Assembly: GCA_002793855.1 (NCBI GenBank)
Contig: PFET01000001.1
Span: 19,520 to 83,519 of the forward strand
Reading direction: 5' to 3'
Length of the DNA stretch: 64,000 bases
DNA from: Candidatus Uhrbacteria bacterium CG10_big_fil_rev_8_21_14_0_10_48_11
Lineage (GTDB): Bacteria; Patescibacteriota; Patescibacteriia; GWA2-46-9
Shown here: positions 19,401 through 27,875 of the stretch, piece after piece
Position numbering within the stretch: position 1 is the first letter of the stretch
Layout: every line of letters begins with the position of its first letter
Position numbers and translations under genes: made by a program
The notes under the pieces: model-generated
What the model was told of the DNA's origin: nothing
Seen by the model: the letters and a program-made list of their open reading frames with translations, nothing else
Database searches by the model: none

Positions 19401-22400
19401 TGCGTGTTACCGTACGGGCTGTCTTACAAGCGAGCCAACTACCACACTCTCGGCTCGGTTGTACCTTGACCAGCAAATTAGAATCGCGCTGAAACTGACA
19501 ATCGCTATCAGCGGTACATGAAAGGCCAACCGTACCTCGACAAATGCCAGAAGTTCCCGTGGCTTGATCGGCACCAACGCAAGAATATTCTGTTCTAGTC
19601 GTACCATTAGGAGTCTTTGTATCCCCTAACGGGCTCATATCAGCGTCGTAGGTATTGACGATAGGCGACTTGTAACTCGTTTGGAAACTAGCAAGGACGC
19701 AGTTGGCATTATTGACCGTACCGGCACAACTTGCAGTATCAAGCTGATCCACAAGTTCGTAATGAATACTGGCCTCGCGAAGCGACACATTTCTTGTCTT
19801 TACTGCGCCAGTTGCAAATTCACCGCTCACGTTAGATGGCAATAAATCATGAGCTTGTCCGACGCGGACGCTACAATTTTCTACGTCATCAGTATTTTTT
19901 ACGTAGAAGCTTACACTAAACCGATCGAACGAATCTTTCTTTGTAGGTTCAATAAAAGTATACGGCGACCCTTGAATGGATAGTGACGAACCAGGACACT
20001 GGATACCGAGATAAGCATTTGCGGCAAGCGAACCGCTGACAGCTTCCGCTTCTGCTGAAAGTACATAAAGCGTACGCTTGCGCAAAGTTACGTTTGACTG
20101 TTCAAACCCGCCACTGCTAATAGTTAAGGTATTCAGGTTTTGGTTGTAATGATAGGTTGTTGACGGTGAAGCAATCGACGTCCATGATCTTGGTGTTGTG
20201 CCATCAGAAGCAATAAACGAACCATTAATCAGTAGATCCCGAGTACCGTCTGAGCGAGGGTCAACTATTTCTTTGCAACTATTCTGCTGCACGGGGCAAG
20301 TACCAACGTAGCCAGCTATTGGCTCCTGGGCGGTCGAACCAGCAATTTGTACACGAGGTACGGTTGTATTGGTAATAGTACGATTACAGTCAGGACTTGT
20401 CGCGGATGAATCTTTCTTATACCAACCGGAAACTGGACGGTCGGTGTGGTATTCACAGGTTTGATCTCCCGGATCTCTAAAGTAGTAAACACTTCCGGCG
20501 GCATCCTTAAAGGCAGAACACTGCAACTGATCAAGCTTGCAGAGAATAACCCCATAATCATCGGGATTATTTTTAAGGTAAACACTTGACCACGGTGTTG
20601 CGCTATCGCCAAGAGCATCACGAAGAATACGCTGAGCATCACTCGCCGCTAATGTACCTGCGTCAAACTTTGCAACCAGCGAATTATAACCGGCAGCCAA
20701 AAGCTTGCTTCGCAAATCAGGCAAACACGATCCCCCTGCTGCGCACTTCAATGTCTCTAGTGCAAGTGCAGTGTTGGCTTTGATTGACCGGTCAACTTTA
20801 CCCAACGCCTGACAACCCTGCGCTTCTGTCTTGCAAGTTTTTGTCGGATCGTTAACAAGGTAGTCAACCGAATCGGCCGGTACGGTAATAAGGCTATTGT
20901 CTTCAGCGTCATTAAATGACCTCGCAAAAGGCGCGTCACCTCCAACCGTAGTGTTCTGCGTGTCGATGACCGCTTCACAGCCAACAACCTTAGCGTGACA
21001 GGCGGCGCCAAACTGCCAAACGTCTTTGCTTGAGCCGTCACTTACCTGATACTGCTGACAACCAAGGAACGGCTGACGAGCGGCATCGTTAGAGTAACAG
21101 GAAAGCGGTGTACGCCAACTATTCTTGACGAGATAATGAGTGTCGGTAGTTGTTTTGAGCTCTATGTTGTCAATAAATACCTTGCCGGTACCGGATGGCG
21201 TTATTGCTAATGTCGTCACCGCATCGCTAGCACTGACAGCAATACTCACTGGATCACTTTTGATTTGTCGCCATTCACTAGTTAACAACGCATCCGTTAC
21301 CAAGGTACCATTGGTTACCCCGTTACCACTGATGGCGGCGCTGATCGCCGCTGTTGCCGTACCGGTTTGTGTACGTGCCCAGAAAGTAACGACATAAGTT
21401 GCCGGGGCAATTGTACCGGAGGTACCACTGGTGCTGCTACCAGCATTAACGGTAACCGCTTTCTCGGCAACCGCCTCGGTAATCTCGTACGAGTGTCCGC
21501 CAACAACACTAGAAACAGCGCTCAACTGTCCGCCAGACCACTCTGCAGTACCTTTCTCGAACGTATCATTCAATACTGTTCGGTAGCTAGCCGACGTTCC
21601 TCCGCGATACTCACGACAACCAGCAACCGCAGCGCTACACTGTCTACCACCATTTGGTACGGCCTGATAAATACATACTTGAATGCTGGTATTCCACCAA
21701 CCGTTCGAATTAGCACAGTCTTGTTGGTTAGAATCTGTCTTTCGCAACGGATGGCAAGAATCGGTAACGCTCACCGTTTTTGAAAGCAACCGGTAAGAGA
21801 TTTGACCTGTTTCGTTATAGAACTGTCGACAATCGGGGTTTGACTGATAAGTATTCTCGTTACAGGTTCGCCACGCTGTATCGCCTGCGTTACTGGTATC
21901 GCTGCATGAAGCGCTTATCCCATCGCTACTCCAATTGATGTGCGTGCAGGGAGCCGCCAAGTCGTTACCGGTGCTGCCTGCAGTCGTGCTGAATCCGGAA
22001 GGATTCGTCGCCTCTGTTTTCTTCAGTTGGAATACGCGCAACTGGAAGCCAGTTTCGTCAGACCCTTCCCATGTGTAGAACGTACCACTGTCAGTTCCTC
22101 CTGGCTTTTGGCAAAACTGTACCTGCTGATAGTACTCACGCGCCTCACCGCCGGATGTTTCCTTGTCGAGATTTGTAAACTCATCACAACCCACCGCAGC
22201 CGCAGGACAACTTTGACCTGTTGCAGGAATGAGATCGACAAACTTTGGTTTCTCGAAAAAGGTTGCCGTCTGAGTATAAGTATCAAAACCTACACACTCT
22301 GTCGGACAACTCTGTCCGCTTACAGCCGTTACTGTTGCTGTCCCGTTTGCAGGGGTGTAGCTCCGGCAACCAACCTCCGCCGGTAAACAATATCGCGCAT

Positions 22401-25140
22401 ACGGCGTACAAGCCGCTTGATCGGCATTTGCATCGGGCGCATCTGTTGCCAAACCGTTTGGACGACAACTGCCAACATCGCCGGTCAAGGATTGATAACT
22501 AGCATCTGTTTTTGAACGATAATCAGGTGCCCGTTTTAAACGGGTCAACGAGGCACCATACGTTGTAAAAGTTGTTGGTGTTTGCCCGACGGTCAGCTCA
22601 ACAGCATCAAAGTCAACACCGGCAGATAACTGTAAGGTAAGGTTGAGACTGTCGGGTAAGGTTGTATCGTTCGCCGCAAAAGTCTTCGTTACTGAGTAGC
22701 GCGTCCAAGTATCAATAAGCGGCTGATCCAGACTGGTAAATGAGGGAGAGGCGTCGCTTCCGACCAAGCTGTACGCAATACGTCCATCGCCACTAAGGGA
22801 TTGCTTGGCGTAAAAACTAAAACCAATGGTTTGCCCAGCAAGTGGTCCGGTAAGCACCGCCTTTTGTGTAAGACTTGCGTTGTCCACATTGCTATGCAAG
22901 TAGCGCGTGCCATTAAACGGAGTGTCGGTTCCTATCCCAACCGCTGTACTATCATAGAGCCACCCTTTTGCCGAGCTGTCAGCTTCTGAAACAACCGTCT
23001 CAAAACTGGGGTTACGCAATAGGTTACTCTGTGGAGCAGTTGCTACCTTGTTACTCGTTCTGATAAAGGCACGGCAACCGTCATCTTTTTGGTCACACCC
23101 TTTCACCTGACCATTCAGATACAGCACGTCCGCATCCGCGGTACTCCACTTATTGTTACCAAGATCTTTTGTACTATAGAGTTTGCAACCAACCGAACCG
23201 GCATCGCAGCCGTTGAAATCAACAGTATTTAATAAATAAGAAACAGTAGCGCCAGATTCGGTATTGGAAAGCGTGGTACAACTGGAAAACTGAGGCTGAC
23301 ATTGCGCCTTACCAAAATCCCATACGCGCTTCTCTTCTGTGCAATAGCCATAGAACTGACAGTTGCCATTTGCATCGCGCTGTACGCAGGTTTGTTCATC
23401 TGCGCAGTAGTTTGCATCACGCGTAACCACAACCGCTGGCGGCACATCACCCGGCGAAACATACTGACCATCGCCGTCGATGTCAGTACCCTTCGTTACA
23501 GTTTGCGATATAACTTTTGGACCGGGTCCTTGTAACTTACAAAAGGCATCCGGCGGCACCAACGTCCAATTTGGATCGACAAGGTGGTAGAAAGGGTTTG
23601 GTTTTTCTGTGGTCGGAACCGTATCGTAAGCGGTCACCAACTGACGAAGCGTAATTCGTTCTTGACCAAAATATTGAATGTACCGCGCGGCAAGCTCCCA
23701 TCCAACCGGTACGATACGATACTTTCTCAAGATCAAGATAGATCGGTACGGAACACCGTCAATGTAACTCGGCTCAATTGGCTGTGGGTTCCAACCGACA
23801 AAACCAAAAGGCGCGTCGCCGTTGATGAGTCCTTGGTCAATCGCCTCTTTAACGGTTAGCCGTTGAGAAATTGCAGTCCGGAAATTGTCATTAATGACAC
23901 AATCTGTCGGTCCTGGGTTGGTATCATTGTCGCAACTAACCAGTTTCGAAAGAATATCGTACCGACCGGGGGTGCTAAAATTCGGTCGAATGTCTTGCGC
24001 TAATCGAGCGCGCGCACCTAATACTCCTTCACCTTGTGCCTGCGCCTCGTAATTACTTAGATTGGCATTACTGTGCCCACCACTACTGCCACCGGTGAAG
24101 CCTTGGGACAGCAAATTTCTAAGCAGTCCGCCGGCAAGCGCCTTAGTAAAGGTATCAACGGCATCAGCAATAACATTGCCAGTAAACGATAGCTCCCCTT
24201 GCTGTGTTGTGCCAAAAACTTCTTGCCATACCACGCGTACCGCTGTACCAGGCAACGTGATGATATCGCTTGTCCCCTTGGTAACATTTGAAAATCCGCC
24301 ATTCGTTAGTCGGTCTAGCATTGCGTTCTGTTTCGCTTCCGCTTTTCGCGACAATAAATTTGTTTGTAAGGTTAGCGCAACGCTAAGATCACTCTCTCCT
24401 GGATTAAATGACTCGCTAAAAGTAGGAAGGAAACTCTTGCTGGTAATAAACTGCTCCCAATTATTTTTTAGCGTACTAAAGGTACACTTTGGACGTGATT
24501 GAAAAGTATCGGTAAGTCCCAAATTAATGGCAATTTGAATAGAGGCACTGGGCGCACATAAATTAAGACCTTCCAGAATGCCTCCTGATCCGGCAAGGCC
24601 TGTCGTACCCCCTTGCCACGTACAACCCCCAGCGGGCACATTTGAACCTTGCACACAGGCTTCCAAAGTGTTGACCCCAGGTCGAGATACGAGTGCGCCA
24701 TTACCATTTCGACATTCACAGGTACCCCCTTGTCCGCTGATCATTCCGTCCAAAAAAACACCGGCGGCTTGATCAATGCTATTGGCAAGATATGCTCCCC
24801 ATCCTTCGGTCACAAAAAGGGGCTTTTGCCCGTGACCGCCGCTGGCAATCCATGTTGCGGTATCTTGCGCAATTTGATTGAGTAAAAATTTAACCCCTTG
24901 TCGAAAAGAAAGTGCCGCTGACTCTTTCAAACTTGCGACTAACTTATTCCAACTAAAATCTTCTAAGTGACTTTTTTGATCTTGTATATATGCCTTAATA
25001 TCGTAGGTTGGCACAGAATCAAGAAGCGGTGCTTGTGCTAAGACTTGCTGTATCTGTAAGCCAAAAACAAAAGATAATGCCAACAGCACTGACAAGATAT
25101 ACCGTTTCTTTATTTTTTTTATTTTGGTGTTCTCGCTCAT
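16405..25140 (-). CDS. giant (2911 aa) secreted Cys-rich multidomain protein; putative glycan-binding surface adhesin
   Basis: N-terminal signal/TM (ILSVLLALSFVFGLQIQQVLA). At least four modules start with the CBM4/9-like signature (LLRNPSFETV.., VLNDTFEKGTAEW.., LLINGSFIASDG.., VNANFEIPSTQGN..). Many C-x(4-6)-GC repeats are present. A C-terminal PKD-like domain is indicated by YIVDWGDGSRTV..HSYSYDD..GIYQVTPRVQILDNWG. Confidence 0.85.
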   Translation of the reverse strand: MSENTKIKKIKKRYILSVLLALSFVFGLQIQQVLAQAPLLDSVPTYDIKAYIQDQKSHLEDFSWNKLVASLKESAALSFRQGVKFLLNQIAQDTATWIASGGHGQKPLFVTEGWGAYLANSIDQAAGVFLDGMISGQGGTCECRNGNGALVSRPGVNTLEACVQGSNVPAGGCTWQGGTTGLAGSGGILEGLNLCAPSASIQIAINLGLTDTFQSRPKCTFSTLKNNWEQFITSKSFLPTFSESFNPGESDLSVALTLQTNLLSRKAEAKQNAMLDRLTNGGFSNVTKGTSDIITLPGTAVRVVWQEVFGTTQQGELSFTGNVIADAVDTFTKALAGGLLRNLLSQGFTGGSSGGHSNANLSNYEAQAQGEGVLGARARLAQDIRPNFSTPGRYDILSKLVSCDNDTNPGPTDCVINDNFRTAISQRLTVKEAIDQGLINGDAPFGFVGWNPQPIEPSYIDGVPYRSILILRKYRIVPVGWELAARYIQYFGQERITLRQLVTAYDTVPTTEKPNPFYHLVDPNWTLVPPDAFCKLQGPGPKVISQTVTKGTDIDGDGQYVSPGDVPPAVVVTRDANYCADEQTCVQRDANGNCQFYGYCTEEKRVWDFGKAQCQPQFSSCTTLSNTESGATVSYLLNTVDFNGCDAGSVGCKLYSTKDLGNNKWSTADADVLYLNGQVKGCDQKDDGCRAFIRTSNKVATAPQSNLLRNPSFETVVSEADSSAKGWLYDSTAVGIGTDTPFNGTRYLHSNVDNASLTQKAVLTGPLAGQTIGFSFYAKQSLSGDGRIAYSLVGSDASPSFTSLDQPLIDTWTRYSVTKTFAANDTTLPDSLNLTLQLSAGVDFDAVELTVGQTPTTFTTYGASLTRLKRAPDYRSKTDASYQSLTGDVGSCRPNGLATDAPDANADQAACTPYARYCLPAEVGCRSYTPANGTATVTAVSGQSCPTECVGFDTYTQTATFFEKPKFVDLIPATGQSCPAAAVGCDEFTNLDKETSGGEAREYYQQVQFCQKPGGTDSGTFYTWEGSDETGFQLRVFQLKKTEATNPSGFSTTAGSTGNDLAAPCTHINWSSDGISASCSDTSNAGDTAWRTCNENTYQSNPDCRQFYNETGQISYRLLSKTVSVTDSCHPLRKTDSNQQDCANSNGWWNTSIQVCIYQAVPNGGRQCSAAVAGCREYRGGTSASYRTVLNDTFEKGTAEWSGGQLSAVSSVVGGHSYEITEAVAEKAVTVNAGSSTSGTSGTIAPATYVVTFWARTQTGTATAAISAAISGNGVTNGTLVTDALLTSEWRQIKSDPVSIAVSASDAVTTLAITPSGTGKVFIDNIELKTTTDTHYLVKNSWRTPLSCYSNDAARQPFLGCQQYQVSDGSSKDVWQFGAACHAKVVGCEAVIDTQNTTVGGDAPFARSFNDAEDNSLITVPADSVDYLVNDPTKTCKTEAQGCQALGKVDRSIKANTALALETLKCAAGGSCLPDLRSKLLAAGYNSLVAKFDAGTLAASDAQRILRDALGDSATPWSSVYLKNNPDDYGVILCKLDQLQCSAFKDAAGSVYYFRDPGDQTCEYHTDRPVSGWYKKDSSATSPDCNRTITNTTVPRVQIAGSTAQEPIAGYVGTCPVQQNSCKEIVDPRSDGTRDLLINGSFIASDGTTPRSWTSIASPSTTYHYNQNLNTLTISSGGFEQSNVTLRKRTLYVLSAEAEAVSGSLAANAYLGIQCPGSSLSIQGSPYTFIEPTKKDSFDRFSVSFYVKNTDDVENCSVRVGQAHDLLPSNVSGEFATGAVKTRNVSLREASIHYELVDQLDTASCAGTVNNANCVLASFQTSYKSPIVNTYDADMSPLGDTKTPNGTTRTEYSCVGADQATGTSGICRGTVGLSCTADSDCQFQRDSNLLVKVQPSRECGSWLACKTARTVTRNSVRRNICLAVEGCEQLDDKGQCIRTTLDEPDKDLTYAASTVDQLKDRSGYSSVGFNWGNVCSNNSSTSCTTDADCGSGKCTPRLLQGYISPGYMEQVGQLALLVNANFEIPSTQGNAVSWVGWGNGQNFRVINNPVSAQSVGILYPREGRAFLEVNANHKVPDVPQFIDDSLAPNLANYSGTINVAGEADYILSADVNTVHFSGKSAGIRVFQYKTNGDLVPCNTAGTCKFLALLDTGAGFDWTTKVDKFTTDEDTRYIRLQFGWFAKGGSTENSSGNWYVDDIKLQPALEYRRNEYRYCSNNVTKLCQVDDDCGAGNTCDILHVDPDFPNVDYENGIETLDYSYASQSCRLYPEETSLSCQYNDDNGLRHRGKLGYCLTPDPQNSSNCLQWWPVDNIIGEDTEQDHVGYQGPIPLYQCLDVVDGWATLLHSSVGASTVPDYTGGKKSPAVPTDTFSHFKIDKHGQQTEYNGGKIDKTEKVVFDLYRNADSTTEGYAVGGLVDKPGKCDANYHAVDSATPLIHAGCEIRVWMENNKGGDGDDKYKIYVSKDLSSLYYINEWCESAACPPSLGNRPSPDQANNGWAEMWADVAWAVDSNGNRIPGPFRYLIIESLSSDDYITPLGLWARPSFSCNAVMQTVGSAGQNRAYASRVTPGSQASIKVGRGTSYESSAEDNYEYKVTTDSPPFGSVVPPFPADDPLAWDSTTFVGVQPLFAEPSASSTSTSQARAGGPYSCHPINSLLIGTYKPLFSSQCSSSGAMLNEIQESTYADGLTKAVKVLQQLFVQSYGVWEWQSTPDGYRYVETGSKELIVPTEQCGSGPTLNVRVGSEICGVVPAIPVVELSGAANTITKVGSVTLSFTAIANPEQEPIVRYIVDWGDGSRTVQTGLKFASHPSDQNPISLVHSYSYDDVARCVKEGSCAKTTTIVNGIYQVTPRVQILDNWGWCNGAYASTGNSNPLFGQTGYNELNTDGRGDCSASHAAAWQSSGDAITISQ

Positions 25141-25146
25141 AATTGC

Positions 25147-25887
25147 CTATTGCTGGGCGTTAAGCTGATCGAGCGTCTGCTGATAGAGCTTTAACAAGTC
25201 AGCGTCTGAGAGCTTACTAAGCGTTGCTTCGTCGACACCGTTTTGTCGCAAGAGATCTCGAATTTGACTTGGTGAAAGATTTTGTAACTCTTTTGGTGTC
25301 TGGGTAGAGCCTGAAGCTGCCGTCCCACTTTGTGCAGCCAAGGCCTGTTGGTAGCTAGCGACAATTTGCTCATCGGTTAAACCTGCAATTTCTTGTTCGG
25401 ACGCACCTGCCTGACGTAGCGCTGTCCGAAGTTCGTCTGGAGTTGGCGTTGCGGTGGTGCCGGGAATTGATGGTAGCGACGGTGCTGTTGTAGTTTGATT
25501 GGTTCCAGCGGTGTCTGTCGAACCGATAAGCGAGCAATTTTGACCAGTTGGGCAATTAGGATCCGTCCCATTGGCAATTTCTTGCCCGTCACTTATCCCG
25601 TCAGAGTCAGAATCGGCCAAATAGGGGCTGGTGTGATAAATGTTTATTTCGTCACTGTCATAGAGACCGTCTCCGTCAGTGTCTACTTTGGCAACAGCGG
25701 AATTGTCGTTAGAAGCAAAAAGATCAGTCGCTGTAGTTTTGACCGCGTAAGGTCCATAAACTGTCCGGCGGAGACTAATGCCTCCTAAAACAATCGCACT
25801 TGCGCCTATAATAAAAACAGTCGCCAAAAGAAGGCCTCTGGTACGCCCTGAAATTTGACCGGTAGTAGTACTCTTAAAATCAAACAT
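25147..25887 (-). CDS. secreted protein with thrombospondin type-3-like Ca-binding repeats
   Basis: N-terminal TM, then DTDGDGLYDSDE and DSDSDGISDGQEIANGTDPNCP (DxDxDG repeats). A C-terminal tandem of helical motifs (LTDEQIVASYQQAL / LSDADLLKLYQQTL) follows. Confidence 0.6.
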   Translation of the reverse strand: MFDFKSTTTGQISGRTRGLLLATVFIIGASAIVLGGISLRRTVYGPYAVKTTATDLFASNDNSAVAKVDTDGDGLYDSDEINIYHTSPYLADSDSDGISDGQEIANGTDPNCPTGQNCSLIGSTDTAGTNQTTTAPSLPSIPGTTATPTPDELRTALRQAGASEQEIAGLTDEQIVASYQQALAAQSGTAASGSTQTPKELQNLSPSQIRDLLRQNGVDEATLSKLSDADLLKLYQQTLDQLNAQQ

Positions 25888-26030
25888 TGGAGACTAGATA
25901 ATCTCGCGTGTGATAGGTTCTAAAGTTTGTTAATTATAGCAGAGAACGACACGCAAAGTCAAAGAGAATGGCACTAAACCGTTCTCTTTGTATTTTTAAC
26001 CTCTATCGTTCTAAAAATATCTACAAAAAA

Positions 26031-26408
26031 CTAGTACGCCCACCACTTTGTTGCCTGAAATGCCGAACCGGGAACACCAAAACCAATAATCCAACCACCT
26101 GGACGTGGTGTCGGAAGACCGCCGGCTTTTGTTAAAGGGTCGACGGCAACAAAATTCTGCGAACCAAGACCAGAAGTTACTTGGTATGGGGATACATATC
26201 CCCAAGGGGTACAAGGATTGGCTGGCGGTTCAGTACACGTTACAATGGCGTCAACGCGCTGATAAAAAGGGACACCATACGCTTGACCGTTCGCCACCTT
26301 TACCCCAACCGCAACAACCACAACGAGCACAATGAGTGCCCCGACCGATACCCGGTTTAACTTTTGCTCCCATTTTTTAGTCAAAATATTCATATTAAAA
26401 TGATACAA
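26031..26408 (-). CDS. small exported/membrane-anchored hypothetical protein
   Basis: 125 aa with an N-terminal hydrophobic segment (VSVGALIVLVVVVAVGV), heading the minus-strand cluster. Confidence 0.4.
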   Translation of the reverse strand: MYHFNMNILTKKWEQKLNRVSVGALIVLVVVVAVGVKVANGQAYGVPFYQRVDAIVTCTEPPANPCTPWGYVSPYQVTSGLGSQNFVAVDPLTKAGGLPTPRPGGWIIGFGVPGSAFQATKWWAY

Positions 26409-26420
26409 CAGAATAAACCC

Positions 26421-27257
26421 TTAAGCAATACGACCGAAGTTAAGCGCTAGTTGATGCCATGCTTCAATCGACAGCTCTTGGGCGCGTGCTTTTTCATTGA
26501 TACCTATCTTTTTAAAGAGTGCTACCATCTCTGCTTGCGGTAACGGAAATGCGGCGGCTAAATTATTGCGCAGCTGTTTTCGTTTTTGCGCAAACCCAAC
26601 CTTAACCACGCGCCAAAAAAACTTCTCTTCTACATCACCAAAAGGAAACAGATGCACGTTGTCAATTTGCAGTAGCACACTATCAACCGCTGGAGCCGGC
26701 AAAAAAGAGAGACGAGATACAATGCGAACAATGCGCGGCTCGGCGTAGAGTTGAACACTAATACCGAGCATACTCAGGTCCCCAGGTTTGGCAACAATGC
26801 GCTCCCCCACTTCTCGCTGCACGAGAAGCGTCATAGTAGCTGGCGAAAGGTCGTCGACAAGAAATTTTCTTAAAATTGATGCGGTGATGTGATAGGGAAT
26901 ATTTGCAACAACAACATAGGGCAAAACAATGCCAAACTTTGTTACCGGACCCGCCAAGACATCCGCATGGACAACCTGAACATTGCTAGCAGTGTCAAAT
27001 CTTTTTCGTAGTACCCCAACAAGCGCATCGTCAATTTCTATGGTCACCACTTGCCCCGCCGCTACCGCCAAACGTTCGGTCAAGGTACCAAGTCCTGCGC
27101 CAACTTCTAGTACTGTTGTACTGGTCGTCAGCTGCGCAACTTCGACAATATCATCGTACACTTGGTCGTCAATAAGAAAATTCTGACTGCGACGAGCGTT
27201 TGCACTAAGCTGATACTCTTTTAAAAGAGCGGTGATGGTCGTTTGGCTTTTTGACAT
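26421..27257 (-). CDS. rsmA: 16S rRNA (adenine1518/1519-N6)-dimethyltransferase RsmA/KsgA
   Basis: SAM-binding motif EVGAGLGTLTERL and catalytic ANIPYHITA. The likely start is the internal M at 27257 (MSKSQTT...). Confidence 0.85.
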   Translation of the reverse strand: MSKSQTTITALLKEYQLSANARRSQNFLIDDQVYDDIVEVAQLTTSTTVLEVGAGLGTLTERLAVAAGQVVTIEIDDALVGVLRKRFDTASNVQVVHADVLAGPVTKFGIVLPYVVVANIPYHITASILRKFLVDDLSPATMTLLVQREVGERIVAKPGDLSMLGISVQLYAEPRIVRIVSRLSFLPAPAVDSVLLQIDNVHLFPFGDVEEKFFWRVVKVGFAQKRKQLRNNLAAAFPLPQAEMVALFKKIGINEKARAQELSIEAWHQLALNFGRIA

Positions 27258-27268
27258 ATACTCTACCC

Positions 27269-27874
27269 TCAAAGCAAAGAAGACAAAATGCGAACCGAAC
27301 CCTGACGAAGCACTGTGCAAGTAGTATCTAGGACGCGAACAATGGTCGACGGAAGTACCCGCGGCAGTGTGCCTGATTCTAGAAAAAAAATAGTTTCATC
27401 TAGTGGCGCAAATGCCTCAACAACAGCGCGCTCGGTGTAGCTATCTTTGCCACTACTTATATTGGCACTAGTTGCGGTAATGACACCTCCTGCCAATGCG
27501 GCAATAGTTGTTGCCTGCTTACCAGAAGACACTCTAATGGCAAGCGAACCGTCACGAGAGCCTAACCGACCAGCAGTACGTTTACTTTTTGCTGGCAAAA
27601 TAAGGGTAAGCGGTCCCGGCCAATACTTTTTTGCAATGGTAAGTGCCTTAGGTGAAAAACGGACGTAGCGCTCAGCGTCAGCAAACGAGGCGGCAATGAG
27701 GGACAGCGGCTTTGCTTTTGCTCTCCCTTTTATGCTAAACACTTTTTCGACCGCTTTTTTGGTTGTTGGGTCAGCACCAAGACCATAACTGGTTTCTGTT
27801 GGGTAGGCCACGAGATCCCCCGCACGAAGATGCTGGGCGGCACTTTGAACAGAACGAACAGCAACAACCGACAT
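27269..27874 (-). CDS. tsaC: L-threonylcarbamoyladenylate synthase TsaC/YrdC family
   Basis: LVAYPTETSYGLGADP and KGRAKAKPLSLI motifs. The start was chosen at M16 of the ORF (27874), which abuts the leuS stop. Confidence 0.8.
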   Translation of the reverse strand: MSVVAVRSVQSAAQHLRAGDLVAYPTETSYGLGADPTTKKAVEKVFSIKGRAKAKPLSLIAASFADAERYVRFSPKALTIAKKYWPGPLTLILPAKSKRTAGRLGSRDGSLAIRVSSGKQATTIAALAGGVITATSANISSGKDSYTERAVVEAFAPLDETIFFLESGTLPRVLPSTIVRVLDTTCTVLRQGSVRILSSLL

Positions 27875-27875
27875 A

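Noticed and set aside
16802-24885. Numerous short ORFs on both strands inside 16405..25140
   Set aside because: All are embedded in or antisense to the continuous 2911 aa reading frame.
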